DNA of 64,000 bases, taken from contig JAPEUD010000020.1 in assembly GCA_026026165.1 (NCBI GenBank), forward strand, positions 248,001 through 312,000. Direction: 5' to 3'. The number at the start of each line of letters is the position of its first letter. The stretch's first letter is position 1. Shown here piece after piece: positions 23,458-37,676 of this stretch. Both the position numbers and the translations under genes were made by a program. Below the pieces are notes generated by a model. The model did not search any database. It saw nothing but the letters and a program-made list of their open reading frames with translations, and was not told the DNA's origin. This stretch comes from Sarea resinae (Eukaryota).

Positions 23458-25000
23458 CATCATCATCATCATCATCATCATCGTCGTCGACATCTGTTCC
23501 TATTCCCCGATCCTATCCGCTCAATATACCCTACCCTACGTCTATAACGAAAACTCCGACACTTCCTCCTGGGTCCTTCACCTAATCGTCAGCATGGTTA
23601 TGACTGCAGCAAGGGTTCACGAACCCATTTCGCGGTCACGATCAGAATGCCGATCCAAAAGGCCTGGACATCCTATTTTACGGCTGTACGATTCGCAATC
23701 TTGGTACCATTGTCTCTATTCTTTTCCGTCTCTTTTTTTGGTTTTTGGTTTATCACGGCCGCAGCTTAGATGGTTCTTTTAACGGCCGCTTTTCTTTCGG
23801 GGCGTGCATACCTCTCTACTTACTCATACCGGTCTATGGGACGGATCTCACACACACTCTCCAGGAGCCCGGCGAGGCCAGGTCCTAATAGGCGTCGCAT
23901 CATTTACGCATCAGTCAACGGGTCACCTTGACCGAAGGGAACGTTCGGCGCCAAGGGGATGCAGACGACTGGGCTACATCCACACATCCACACATCCACA
24001 CATCCACACATAGATATTCACATATTCACATACAGACAACCGGGGAAACGCGGCGTCTACGCTGCGCCACCTCAGTCCCAGCACACGATCTCGCACGACC
24101 CAGCACAAGCACTGGCCCATCCCGCTCGATCAATTACGCACTGCATCACATCGCATCGCATCGCATCCGACTCTCCATTCTGCATTTCTATATTTCTATT
24201 ATCTCGCTCTTCTATCCGCATGTCTTCTTTCTTTTTTCTCTTTTTTTTTCCTCTTTCTTGTTTTTTTTTTCTTTCTATCAACTAGCTCAGCTCTTCCAGC
24301 GCCGACAACCACCACCACCACTGACGATAACGACGCTGACGCCTGGCTCCCCATGTGCGAACATATCTCCCTATTAAGGGACGCATGGGAAGTCGAGGTT
24401 CCATAGATAAAACAATTGAATAACATCAAAACTCTACTTTGTGGCCGTGGCTTTGGCTTTGGCTTTGCCTTTGCGGTTATAGGTATATGTATGTATGTGT
24501 GAGTGAGTCAGTGCGATGTTGATGCTAGTAACTTGGCAATTGGCAATAGCGACGACGACGACGACGCAGGGAGAATATACCTACCGTGCACGTGTGGCGC
24601 GCCAGCCGAATCGAACGAACGAACTGAACGAACGAACGAACGAATGGATTGGATTGGATGGAGCAGAGGAGAAGACTTCTGGGACATGCGGGAGAGATGG
24701 ACGGGACTAAGCAAGTAAGCAAGTCAAAGACAGACCACACACATATATCTGGCTTGAGGGTGCTAGATGTTGCTCTACGCTGGCTTCTGTTCCATCGAGT
24801 TGGTTGGTAGGTAGGGGACTGAGTCGTACACACATTTCTTCCTTTCTTCCTCTCCCCCTTTCTACGGAGCACGTGCGGTCATACTCTGAATTTTAATTGT
24901 TTCATTTTCATTTTGAAATGTTTCTTCATTTTAGGGGTTTCATCTCTCTCAAAGCCTTGGTTTTCTGTCTGTCTCAGTCTCAGTCTCTCTCTCTCTCTCT
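23458..25000. repeat. Microsatellite-rich convergent intergenic zone: (CAT)8 at 23458-23481, CACATCCA repeats ~23977-24010, T-tracts ~24225-24277, (GAAC)n ~24612-24644, (CT)n ~24984-24999
   Basis: Directly visible simple repeats between the noxD and MFS 3' ends. Confidence 0.85.
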
Positions 25001-25223
25001 GTGGTCATTGACTTTTGACGATGACAAGGAGACCAGCATGCAAAAATATAAACAGCAGGTTTCAAAGCGAGGTATATTCATGCATGTCGTTAACAGACAC
25101 TTCCCTTCCATCTTCGAGCTTTCCAAAAAGATGGGAAAGGGGTTGCTAAGTAGGTAGGTATCACCATAGATATGTATATATATATGTATATCGACTTCCC
25201 CTCATTCTCTGAGAGCGGCCACT

Positions 25224-27381
25224 TTACAGACTCTGCTTGCCTCTCGTCTCGATCGGCAGAAGCAACATGGCGAATCCAGCCGCCAAGAACAAACCGCCCG
25301 ATGCGTAGATAGGAGCCGACGGGTTCGAAGACGCGTTGACGGCGATGATGGGCGCGCAGAGACCGGCGATCCGGTTGAGGAATGATCCAATGCCCGTGCC
25401 AGTGCCGCGGTTCGGGGCGGGGAAGACTTCGGGAGTGCTGGAAGCGAATGATGTCAGACACGCCAGGAAGATGATAAAAGGGGAAGAGGAAATGAGGGAG
25501 ACATACTATGCGTATAAGACACCGTACATGATGTTCTGGAAGAAGGCCTCGACGGATGAAAAGCCAACCTGGTAGTTTGGAGCCGAGGAGATGGTGAAGA
25601 GGTAGACTAGAACGCCTGTGATGATGGTCGAGATGGCCATCGTGCCTTTACGGCCGATATATTTGATGTTGACTGTGTATGCCGCGATGATGGAGCCCGG
25701 CACCCCGACGACGGAGGTGATGACGTAGTTCCTGTAGGCGGTGTAGGTCGAGGTGGGCGCTTGGCCCTTCTTGGAGCTTTCTAGATATTGCGGAAGGAAG
25801 GCGTTGAAGAGCGGATAGCCCATGCCGATTGTGCACCAGCAGAACCAGATGATGGCGGCTGGAAGATATCAGTGGGGAGAGTAGGAGAAGAACATATGAC
25901 GAGGACTCACTGGTGAAACCAAGTCTCTTGTTGTGGAAGAGTGGTCCAACACGTTCGGCAGAAAATTTCTCGAAGAATCTTAAGACAATCTCCTTGGTGC
26001 TGAGTTTCGCGTCATCCTTCTCTTCTGGATGTCCGCCAATCTCGTTGAGGATCTCCTCAGTCAACCACGTCTTCCGTCCATTCTTGTACGCGATACCGTG
26101 CACAACGGCCACGGCTTCGGGTTGGCGTCCTTGCGAGAGAAGGAACTTTGGCGACTCGAACAGGTGGAAAAAGAAGAACCGGCAGACAAACATGGCAAAC
26201 GTCAGGGCTCCTAGAGTGATGACAAAGTATCTCCAGCCCATGTTGTCGCTCTTGTGGCAGCATGCTTCACCCGGCGCCGTGACGTTGCAGGACTTCAGAT
26301 CCGTAGCGCATGAGTAATTAGGAATGAAACCCCAGGCGACTAAGATATCATTAGCAACATGTGAACATATTGACGATTACAGTGGCTTACTGAGGGAAGC
26401 AATGAGTTGTCCCACAGGCCACCAGACAGACAACATGGTCAAAAGACCACCCGACTCGAAGGGAAGAAACTCGAGGAAGAGGGCTCCGTCCACGGGTAGG
26501 TTTCCACCCACACCTACACCCAAGGCCGAGAATAGACCACAGGTTCCCACCCAGTTGGGTCCACCGCCGGCAGCAAGTCCAAAGACGCCTGCGAGAAAGA
26601 GCGTGCAATTGAACGCTAGCCGTCTGCCGATCACATCTGAAAGGACGCCCCAGATACTGGCTCCTAAGCAAAGACCGACAAACAGAGCGCATGTCGTGTA
26701 TCGGACTTTCGTGCTACTCGGGCCGAACTCTTGCGTCAATGCAGGCAGTGTCAAAGCAACTCCCTAGTCTTTGATTAGTGTTTAGCACGTCTGGAGATGT
26801 TCGAAAATTACCTGAAGCCACAGGCTATTTGAAGTCAGTAAATCTCCATAGTCTAGTGCATGAGCTAGGAGTCGAAACTCACTTGTCAGCCAGCCAACCA
26901 AAACCGCAAAGCACAAAGAGCTGCCATTGGTATGAGCCCATGCCAATGTCTTGTATTGCTCGATTAATAACTTTTGATTTGCCTAGAGAAAGTCAGAGCC
27001 GTGATGAAAAGCGGGCAGCGCGGGGACAGTCGCGGTCACGGAAGATTAGGCCTCTCAAGACACTTCCAAACATGGAAAAACAACATGGATTTCACTTCAC
27101 GTACGATCATAAGCCGTGTCATGGCCAGAAGCCGCAACATCCTCGTCAATCTCTGCTCGAAGAGCTTCAATGGTAAGAGGACTGTAGTCGAGGGGTGCAA
27201 CGGGATCGCTCTCGTGATCGCTGTTGGACGTCGCCTTCTTCTCAACCTCGCTGGTATCTTTGAGATTGATCTCGGTCTCGGCTGTAACAGAGTGATGGCG
27301 ATGTTGGTCCGAGAGTGGGATCCAGACACCAGGAAACTCGCTCACGTCATGCTTCTTAAACGGATTCATGACGAACGCCAT
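25224..27381 (-). CDS. Major facilitator superfamily transporter (SV2-like / sugar-porter related), multi-exon
   Basis: IGMGSYQWQLFVLCGFGWLAD; WGVLSDVIGRRLAFN (motif A); GGNLPVDGALFLEFLP; ESPKFLL; TPEVFPAPNRGTG; ends LPIETRGKQSL*. Confidence 0.92.
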
Positions 27382-28295
27382 GGCGACGAAAATGCACAGA
27401 GGCACAGGCAAGCTCGTAAACGTAAACGCAGGCAATCGCAAGATTCAACACGATTCTGTCACAAGCCTTGAACTGTTGAGATTTAAGGGCAGTCCGGATT
27501 CGAGGTCGTGGAATCGCTGCTGCTTAGGGCTAAGACAGGATGGCCGCGTTGGGGTCTCGGGGGGGCGAGGGCGCTTTTGGGCTGTTCAGGACGGGTGCTC
27601 TGGGTCGAATGAACAGGTTATCGGTCGCGTCGGGGCTGCTGAACGATCACCGAGGCAATCACTGCAGGTCACTTGTCGTCTTGGATATGACTTTTGGGAT
27701 GTCGAGATTGGTGATCAATTGCGAAGACAGCACTGCTGACTGCTTGCTATAGCGGACAGATGGCTCCACGATGCCTGAGAGGGGAAAATGGCACTTGGGA
27801 GACTGTGAGACGGAAAAACACAGGTGGGACTCAAAGCATCAAGAATCTGCATCTTAGCCGTTCTTATATTGGGGACGGGCTCGAGCAGCGAGAGAGCGAG
27901 AGAGACAGCGTCGGCCGCCATCAGGATGCGTAAAATCATGGATGTTACCTAGTGCTTGATGGACTCGCAGGGCCGGGCTCCAGATTGCGCTAAGGCTTGG
28001 TGGGGTTGCAATTGTTGCATACGGCGACAGGAGGAAAAGAAGAAAGGCGGGTCTCTCTCAGTCTCTATCGCTACCGCTGTGGTACTCGAGATACCACGAC
28101 GGGACTCGCTCGGGACTACTCCTCGAGGGGACCACGACGGTAGTGCTCCGGTACTCGAGGGTTCCGTCGTCGTGCGACGAGTACTTGGCAGGTAGTCTAG
28201 AAAAGCTAGAGGAGGTGCTCTGAGTAGAGAGCAAATCGAAGGATCCCCGGGGCCAATGAGAGCCCCAGCGACTCGGCGGATTTACGTTTGAAATG

Positions 28296-28366
28296 ACCAG
28301 AACGACCAGAACGACTACGGAGTCAAAGACTAGAAAGACTAGAACGACTAGAACGACTAGAAACGC
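28296..28366. repeat. 9-bp minisatellite AC(C/T)AGAA(C/A)G, ~6 copies
   Basis: accagaacg accagaacg ... actagaaag actagaacg actagaacg actagaaacg. Confidence 0.8.
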
Positions 28367-30301
28367 TCTAGAGCCCCTTCAGGCTTCGAGGTATCTCGCC
28401 ACGTCGATTGGTACAGAGGGTACATGTAGGGTAAGAGACTCCTGGGCTGCTAGAGTCGTACTCTGTACGCTACGGGAGACCCTTAAGAGTACTTCGCAGT
28501 ACCTTACGTACGGCGCAGTAGGACGAAGACTGAGGCCTCGAGTTCCCGCTGTACCTGGAGTCAGGGCGATCCGTCCTGGCCCCCTCGGTCCGTCCAGTCA
28601 AACCACCGTCGTCCCTTGGGAGTTTAGTCATTCAGCGGCCGGCCACGGCTGACCATGACCATGACTTACTATGAGTACGGCGCAGTAGTACGACTTGGGA
28701 GATACGGTACGGTGCAGGACGGCATCCGACCACACGGACGCCTTCTGGATCCTGAGCAACTCCGCCCTCACCGTTTTGCCCGTTTCGGTAAAGTTGCCCA
28801 AGTCGGGCTTGCAGTACGACTGCACAGGTACATGGTAGTACTCGGAGTACTGCGGTCAGTCATAATTGCTTTTCGAATGGATCCTATCGCCAACCGATAT
28901 TATTATCGAGGCACAGCCGCCGTACTATTCCTCCTGTCCCCGCTCGACCATCGTAGGCTGTATCGCCTCGGCTGACACAGCATGTCATGACTTCCTTCTG
29001 CCTCTGCTCTGTCGCTGTGTGGCGATCTGACGTCGTTCATACATAGTACAGGGGCTCGGTCCTATCGGGCGGACCTGTCCCCGACCATTCATCCCTACGG
29101 GGTGCCATGGCGTATCCATCTGTGCCTCGCCAGATAGGTACCTCCCTACCCGTACCCCGGTAGCCAGACAGCCCTACCCTTAGCTTTCCGGAGTGGGAGA
29201 GCGATAAGCGCGTGCGTGCCTTGATGCTGAGCGCGGATTGCCCTCCATGGATGGTCCGATCCGATGAATCGATGGAAAGGGCAGGGTGCATGAGAGCGCC
29301 TGGAGCCTCTCTGATGAGACTTCTGAGCGCTGGGCCTGTGTGAAAAGTCCATCGAGGGAAAGGGTCTCGTGAGGAACGGTTGCAGTGGGCCGTGGGCAGT
29401 GGCCCCTACATAGTAGGGCCCTACGACCGAGGACCCCTACCATGCACCTCATTCGTACAAAGTCCTCCGGACTATGGATGCTAGATCTCGAGCTTATCGA
29501 ACTTCACGCATTGGCTAATGGACTTTGTGGTGCTGGACGTGGGGAAATTGCGGTCGGCCATACCTGTACCTTGGATGTAGTGCACTTTGTACGTAACGCC
29601 GCAGAGATGGCTTTCGTACGTGCCTTCGTACGATGGAGTACGTCGTAGTCGTACTGCGCAGTACATCGTACTTCAGCACTTCAGTAGTCCAAGTGGATGA
29701 TTTTCACCCTCACGTGCGACTCGGCCATCAAATGATGGAGGGAATCATGATGGAAATTACAAAGGAATGGGGGGTGGAGAAGAAGATGACGATATCGAAG
29801 GCTCCATTAGAAGGACTGTCTTCGCCAGGCGCGGGATCCAGCTTCAGGTCTTCGTCAAAGCTCAATCTGTCAAAAAGGTATTGGCGTGATGAGCTATCAG
29901 GGGCCGGCCCCCAAGGTGTCAACCTCCCCAGCAGAGAATGGATTTCAAGCTCGGCGCTCTATGACTGATGCGACACAGCCTCATCGTTGGCGATGGTGCA
30001 GTTGATATTCACAAAACTACAATACTAGTCCTCTACCTTGGTGATAGGCAGCTTGCTGATGATCCTCTTCGCCCGCGGCTGAATAGGCCGATGCGTGCTT
30101 ACTCTGCCAGCACCTACATTCAAATGATGACCTTGATCTTGTTGTCCCCGCTAAACAACCACAAGCCACGTCGTATTAGAGAAGCTTATATACCCCGGCC
30201 CTAGATGCGCACTGCGCGAACAACGGAAAAGACACAAAAGAGATTGATTCTCTCCCAATGTTCAATTTCTCTTTGAATTGTCCTTCACTGTAGTCTCGAC
30301 C

Positions 30302-31293
30302 ATGAGGTTTCTCTCCTGGACAGCCTTATGGCTCGCTAGCACACTACTCACTCAATCCCTGTCACTGCCCCAGACGGGGCTCTCTCTCGCGAGAAGAGAT
30401 GGCGAACGCGATGCAATTCTTATCGATGCGCCAGACTTTGGCGAACTTCAAAAACGTCGTGGTGGAGGTGGCGGTGGTCGTGGAGGCAGCGGAGGTTTGT
30501 CATCCCATTGCATTGCCTGTTTGAAATTTATGATTCACTCGAATCGTTCCAATTGCAAGAACTCACCTCTGCAACCCAACAAGTCACTGACCTAGCCATC
30601 ACATCTTCAGGCAAATCCGGCAGTTCAGCCCCCAAGAGCTCAAGCCCCAAGAGTTCAAGTCCCAAGAGTTCAAATCCAAAGAGTGGCTCCAGCTCCAGCA
30701 AATCCTATAGCACGAAGTCCGACTCAGGCGGCAAAACCGTGCACGGATCCGGCGTACGCCCCTCGTACGGCGGAGGTCACTATTACGCCGGCGGCGCCGC
30801 AGTCCCCTACACCTCCGGCCGGCGCTCCCCCCTGGGCCTCGCGCCCTTCCTCATCCCCATCGCCGGCTTAGCATACTTCGCCGGCCCCTGGCACTACCCC
30901 GTCTACGCCTACCACTACTCCCACCCATCCACGTACCACAACGCCTCGGCCGCGCCAGCACACACCACGGCCACCAATATCACAAACGCAAATTCGACGA
31001 TGCCCGTCCTCTGTCTATGCCAGCAATACTGCGAGTGCGGCTGCGACGACAACGCGAATTCCACGTACATCGAGAGCATCATCGGAAACGGCAACCCCAG
31101 CCAATTCAACCAGAGCCTCGTGCGTCTTTCCGTTGTCAACGGCACCGAGACGCTCATCGTCAATGGCACGCTGGCCAACGGCACCACGGCGGCAGGAGGC
31201 ACCGCTAGCTCGGCTGGTGTCAAGGGGGCCGTGTTGAGATATGCAGGATTCGTGGCTGTGGCAGTCACCGTGATCTGCATGGTATGGGCATGA
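30302..31293 (+). CDS. Secreted / GPI-type glycine-serine-rich surface protein with a Cys cluster; intron 30495-30610
   Basis: Signal peptide MRFLSWTALWLASTLL; LQKRRGGGGGGRGG; PKSSS repeats; VLCLCQQYCECGCDDN; many N-x-T/S sites; small-residue omega region plus hydrophobic C-tail. Confidence 0.85.
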
Positions 31294-32617
31294 TAATGTT
31301 TTCTGTTGGGTTCAAATTCGGGTGGTTCTAGTCCTTTTATCTTTGGTGCCTACATAAATTGCAGGCAACCAACGGCCGAAAACGAAAAGACAACAAGTAA
31401 TCCTATGAATTGAAGTCTAGAAGAGGAACTGGCTGGGTTGGGTGGGAATAGTCTTCTTTTGTCTGGTTCATCAACACGGACCTCTACGAGTCTTCTTATT
31501 AATCTATACCACTGACTGCTGCGGCCTATTCAATACTAATTCAGTTATACCCTGAGTGCCCAACCTTGACTTTTCCCTCGTTCTCATCCTTCCCCTTCCT
31601 CCCCTCTCCAAATTTGGCTACGAATTCACAGAACCTTAGAGAGAGAGAAGAAACCCATCTTATACTTCAATTCAGCTACTCAAACCAGCAGTCTAGGCAC
31701 GGCGTACACGCTCAACAGCCATCATGCCGCACTCAACATATCACGTGCAACCAACGAGCCGATAAGAACAAGTAGATTGAAAATAAGATTCCCCTTGTGT
31801 CCGTCCGTCCTTACAAGAGTTTTCTAAATTCTTGTTACCTAAAAAGCGACCGATCGGGCCCCATGATGACGGGCCCCTCTCTTCCAAATCCGAAGCCTTG
31901 ATCTCAAGGGGAAAAAGAGCTCTATATTACATTAGAAACATGATTCGGGGACGTCGAGGACGCATATATCTGGAGAAATGTTTCCGAAAGATGAAGAACA
32001 GAACAAGTGCTTTAAAACTGGTGTTTGGATATAAGCAAGCACGTGTCTCGTTCGTTGTGTCTTCGTGCGAAAATGGAGAAGAGAAGGAAAGGGAATGGAA
32101 GAGAAGAGATAGAGAGAAAAATAAACAAAGAAGTGGAGCCGATGGGATGGGATAGGATGGGATAGGATAATAGAGCGTGATGAGAAACTAGCAATTTTGC
32201 CTTTGGTGAAGGGCAGGTAATCAAATCCCTCTTTCCCATAGCTTTGGTTCCCCCTCCGTCACCTTATACCCATACCTACTTATCCAGGAATTAACTTTGT
32301 ATGTCAAAAGAAAAGGAAAATCATTTGGAGTCGTGAGAAAGGCGTGCATCTGTTTGTAGGTAATGTATGTGTGATTGGGAATGTGATCCGATCATGTAAT
32401 CATCATCGTCATCGTCGTCGGTCGTCGTGGATGCGTTGCGCGCGCGTGTGTGTGGGGATAATCGCAACCTTCGAGTAGAAAAGGGGAGAGGGTAATAGAA
32501 ATAGAGGTATAAGGGAAGCAATATATCGGGTGGAAATAATGGAAAGGAGTAGAAGAAAGGGGAATAAAAATGACTCCATTGAATGACACGCTAAGGTGGA
32601 GATGTGTTTCATGCTTC

Positions 32618-35600
32618 TCATGAGGCCTTCTCTTCTTTGGTGTCGGCAGAGTTAGTCGGAGATACAACAGGCGTGGTGATGGCATGAGAGGATGAGCCCG
32701 TTATGGGAGAAAGAATGGGAGCGGGGGGAGCGAGAGAAAGGACATCCCCACCACCACTTTCGAGACTAGCTTCAAAACTAGCTGCTCTCGCAGTTGGCGT
32801 AGTTACATTCCCATCACCGTCGTCTTGGCCCGTCAAATCCACGCCTTCGATCCTCAACCCAACATCAACGCCACCACCCCGACCACCACCATTAGCCTTC
32901 TCAACATCCCTAGTCGTCGATGCAACAGTCTTGCCATTCAGGCCCAACAGCTCGGGCTGTTGCTCGCGCATAGCTTTGGCACGGGCTAGACTTATCGTCT
33001 TCTGCTGATATGACGTGATGACTTGCTTCGACTCGTCGCGCTCGATGGTAGCCTTCATAAGCGCGGCCATCCACAGCCGGCCTTGCTTGACGTTGTCAAC
33101 CGCGAAGTAGTGGACCGTGGGCTTTGTGAAAGTAACGGCCCGCGAGAGACCTGGGCGCGGGGGCACGAGCTTGAAGATGAACATGGCGTCGCCGCTGCCA
33201 GACTTGACAGCATTGAGGGATTCCGGTTCGAGTGCGGCTTCTGTAGAGGCGAGTGTAGGAGTCAAGGAGTTTTGCGGAGAGACGGAAGAGGCAGTGGCGC
33301 CGGTGAGAGTGGCGTGGAGACCGGTGATGCGGTCACTGTCGGCGGGGAGGACACGGTGGAAGGAGATGTCGATAAGACCTTTCTCTTGCTCGTCGTCTTC
33401 GGAGTAGTAATACGAAAGTCGGCGGCCGCGAAGAATGAAGAGACGTGGTTTCCACGTCGTCATTAAGTTTGAGGATTTCTTCTTCATCCAGCCGCAATAG
33501 TCGCAGTCAATCATCTGCTCCTGTGGCGTCTTCTTCTCGAGTCCGCGCACGTACGCACTGGTCTCCTTCTTCGACTTTCGGCGCTTCGTGGATGAGCTGG
33601 GTGTTATCTGGCCATTTGCGACCTTCGAGGCGTCCGCGTCTAGGTCAAGGCTCTTCGAAGCAGCTGAAGGGGTACTGGAGCCAGTCCGTGTTGGGGACTG
33701 TATGGGAGACCCCTTTATGGGAGAGCGGTTGGACTCGGAGGAAGTGAATGGTCCTCTTTCGATCCGGGTAACAGCGTCGGATATAGCTCGGATACCAAGA
33801 CCTCGGCTTCTGAACTTCATCTTCGAAGTAGGTAATGGTGGTACGGGCGATCCTGGCCCGCTAGAGGATATGTCGCTTCCAATATTCACTGAAGGGCTGA
33901 CTGATCCAGGTCCAGATTTATGATCGTAGTCCAGTTTTGTAACTGTAGGGGCTAAGTGATCTTTTGAGGACACTGGAACACCCGCTTCCCCAGCGCTTGC
34001 AGCTCGAAAACGGTCTTTATAGCTGGTGCCATAATAATTTTTCGACGCTGGCGAAGTCACAGAGGAAACCATATCTCGTGCCGAATCAGCACTTCCAAAC
34101 CTTGAATGTCTTCTTAGTCCAGCATTGCTCCTTCGTTTGTGATCGTCGTTGTAACTCGAATTCCTTGAATGGCTAATGTTGTCTTTCTTTCTCAACACAT
34201 TTCGACCCTTGCGACTATCCACCTCGCCACCAGAAAAGTATCCTCGGTCAAGATCCCCAGGAGTAGTAGTGGAGACCGATGTATATCCAACTGCGTTGAA
34301 TGACATGCGATCAGAGCTTTTCGAATGACTGTGGCCGCCTGCGCCTGCCGAGGAGGCTGGACGGGTAGAAGCTGGAGAAACAGGAACTCCTAGGGTCCAA
34401 GTATTATCAAAAGATGCTTGCTTCTTATGTGCTGGTGGGGTAGATTGTAATGTGATCAGACCAGCGTCGGCTGGCCCGTCCATTTGTGCGCTAAAGTCAA
34501 TGGATGAGTGTCGCCGAGATTGGTTCAATTCACGGATGGAGGCAGCCGATGGTCTTCTGGGGCTTTCCTGGCCGGAGAAGAACGTATATGTCGTTGGTGG
34601 GGTGTCTGGATCGGGTTTTGGATTTGGTTGTCGTGAGCTCTGTTGATTGGAGCGACGGTTACCGTTTCTTGCCATGTTCGGTTTCTCCATTAAGCTTGGT
34701 ATTCGAGGAAGGACAGTAGCATTTCCGTTACCCCTAAGCTTACTCACGTCCTCAGAAGACCGATGGCTTTCGCCATATTCATCAGCGCTCTGATGTGATC
34801 GCGTTCGTCCAAAGCCCTTCACCTCCTGCTGCAACCCTTTGATCTTGTGCCAAGTCCTGAGCCTTCGTCCCACAGGGCCCAGATCAAATTCTTTAATAAA
34901 CAGAGATGCCTGATCTAGTCCAAGGAGGACTTCGCCAGAAATCTCTTGCTCTTCAAATACTTCACAATGCCTGGCCTCTACACCACATTCTCTCAAATAC
35001 CTAGCCACCTGAGCGGGCGTCCAGTTGAGGATCTCAGCTTGCGACGGCGTATCTTGCTCCTCCTCATCGGTCTCGTGGCCAGTGATGTATGAGAGGCGAT
35101 GGTCAATATGGCTACTGTATTCACTGCCAGAATCATTAGTACCTCCTCTCCTTTCGCCCGTAGCTACACTATGCCGAGGTGTGCTCATGTCGGTGATGTG
35201 TTCGTCGATAACGCTCAGAGTCTCATTCATAACAGGGCTATCTTGTCCGTGATTATTCTCATTGCGCAGAGCCATGCTGATACTTCTCGGTCCAGAGGAG
35301 GAGTTGGCTGCAGAAGAGGTGTTGCCATTTGGAGTAACCGTAGTACCTGTCTGGAAGTGCTGTGAGGGAGTATTGAGAGGAGGTGGGGTTGCGGCATCTG
35401 GATCGAAATACTCTGTCGCATTTGAATGACCGGAGGGCTGCGGGGTTTCGGTCCTTGGAGGCGCTGGCGAAACAGGCCGATCGTCTGTCCCATTTTGTAC
35501 CCCTTTTTCAGATGCCCCGTCATTATTCATCCCGTCTGTAGGGTGTGGAAATGGCCTTGTGATAGTTGCTAGGGATGCGACGCCCCGGGGCGCTGGAGTG

Positions 35601-36046
35601 GTGTACACTATTAAAGAGGCTGTCAGGCTCGATGCTTCTTCTACAACCCGTATCTAGAAGGCAAGTCGTACCTTCAGGAAAAAGACCCGTGTTGCCATTA
35701 TGCATATGCTTTCCAAGGTACCATCCATCGCCGAAATCATCATCGCGCTCAATTAATTCGATTCTGTCCCCTTTGGCAAGACTCAATTCGTCGGGACTTC
35801 GGGCAACGAAATCATCTGTTTCGAGGCGCAAGATCGTCAGTCTGAACCGGTACGAGAACTTGCCAGTATGCTTTGAGCAAACGCTATGCGCGCCAAAGCC
35901 AGGTTGTCTTTCGGCAACGTTTGCCTTTTGCTTGTGAACGGTCGGGGAGCTTGTGTGGTAAGGGATCGCGGAAACTCACGGACGACCAGCAGGATCTGCC
36001 CTGGAAGCGCTCGCTTTGGAGAACCGGCAGGATATCGGAACGCCAT
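32618..36046 (-). CDS. BOI1: Polarity protein Boi1/Boi2/Pob1 (SH3-SAM-PH), 3 exons
   Basis: SH3 HDFVARSPDELSLAKGDRIELIERDDDFGDGWYLG...GLFPE|VYT; SAM WTPAQVARYL...EQEISGEVLL; PH GWMKKKSSNLMTTWKPRLFILRGRRLSYY. Confidence 0.93.
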
Positions 36047-37676
36047 CGTAGGCCGCGTCTGATTTGCGCCGCGAAAAGTTCGTTTCGTCAACAGTCGCAC
36101 CTAATATGTTGATCACCAAGAATCAACAGTATCATCGCAATCTATTCTGAAATCGAATGAATCATCAGCCCGCTGTCGAATGTATGTATCTGGCTCAGGA
36201 TCTAGGGTAGGTGATCGCGACGTCGAGAGTGATCTTGTCGTACCTCAATAGGTTGGTCTCGCGCATGCGCATACAGTGGTAGTCCACTTTCGACTGGAGG
36301 GAGAAGACGGGTGGCTGTGGGATTCCGCCTAAGCACGCCGAGCGCTTAACAAGAAGGCATTTGGGCATTTGGCTCAGACAGATATCGCGAGAATGTGCGG
36401 AGCTTTCAATTCCTGAGACGAAAAGCCCAGGTGTGCTCTGTTGTCTGTGAGCTGTGAGCTGAGAGTAAAGGAAGGTCGGTCGTAGGTGGCTGTCGGAGTG
36501 TCGATGTGTCGAAGTGTCGAAGTGTCGATGATGGGATCTTCTTACTACTAGGTACCGTTAGTATCGAGGTACCTCCTCAAGGTACCTGCTCACTCTCTCG
36601 TGGCGGCACTGAGTGGCAGGTTGGTGGTGTGGAGTACAAAGTATGAGATACCCAAGGTAGCAGGGCAAGGCCAGTCCAGTCTACAGGCGGTGGTGGGCGT
36701 GGACTTGCGCAATCAACCCGTCGTCGATAGTCGTCGATACCCGGGCCACCAGGTACTCTGTACTTCCAAGGGTCGAGAGAAGGGCCGCTGCACGACGCAC
36801 GCAGCCACCGCATCCATCAATTATTGATCCACTGTGATTACTGTGATTGACAGGATGCCGCATGCGTCGAGACCGAGAGCGACTTCAGGACCAGAGCTGG
36901 AGCCGCGAAGTAGCGATACATTAGGTCTGTTGGTCTGTAGGTACCAAATATGAGGATTGGGTCTTGATCGTAATAGAGTGTTCGTATCGATACAACAAAG
37001 GGGACAAAGGTCTTACTCTAATGTCTCAAGATCCAATAACGATAATATGATGAGAGGTCCAAGGTATTCGTCAAGTAAACCTTGATCAGGTACATGATGG
37101 TCGCTCTGGCATCAGGAACCCTATCGGCCGAGCTACATCAGTTGATGAGTTTCGCCGCCGGCGCCCTCGACTCGACGCAGGTATCTTTCGAGTTTCGGTA
37201 CCTCTCTGGCAAGCACACGATGAGTCGCGTCGAGGCCATGGCCGACCGCATCACCTTACCACATCTGATACTTGCGAGATGAAGTGATCCCGATCCACCT
37301 CCATGATATCCATCGACTTACTCCAGAGTACAGCAACGATGATGATGATCAGATTGACTTCTTGTAGCCGCCTTGCCGATCTCCAGATGCCCTCACCACC
37401 ATAAGCCCACGAATTGCCTGGCCATTCGATCTTCTCGTCTTCCTCGTCCTCTTCCCCCTCTTCCTCAACGTTTCCGTACTCTAGTCTCCGACGTTGGTGT
37501 TGGCCACTCTCTCACGGCCAAGGGCATTGTCCAAACTTGACATTCACAGAGCGTGGTCGACACAAGTAACCTATCGCACACATGGTAATTGCCTACTTCT
37601 CCCGTCCACTTTCGCTGTCATCAGTATCGTACTTTGCACGCGCGATACAACGTTGGCTGTGGTAGCTGATCCAATA

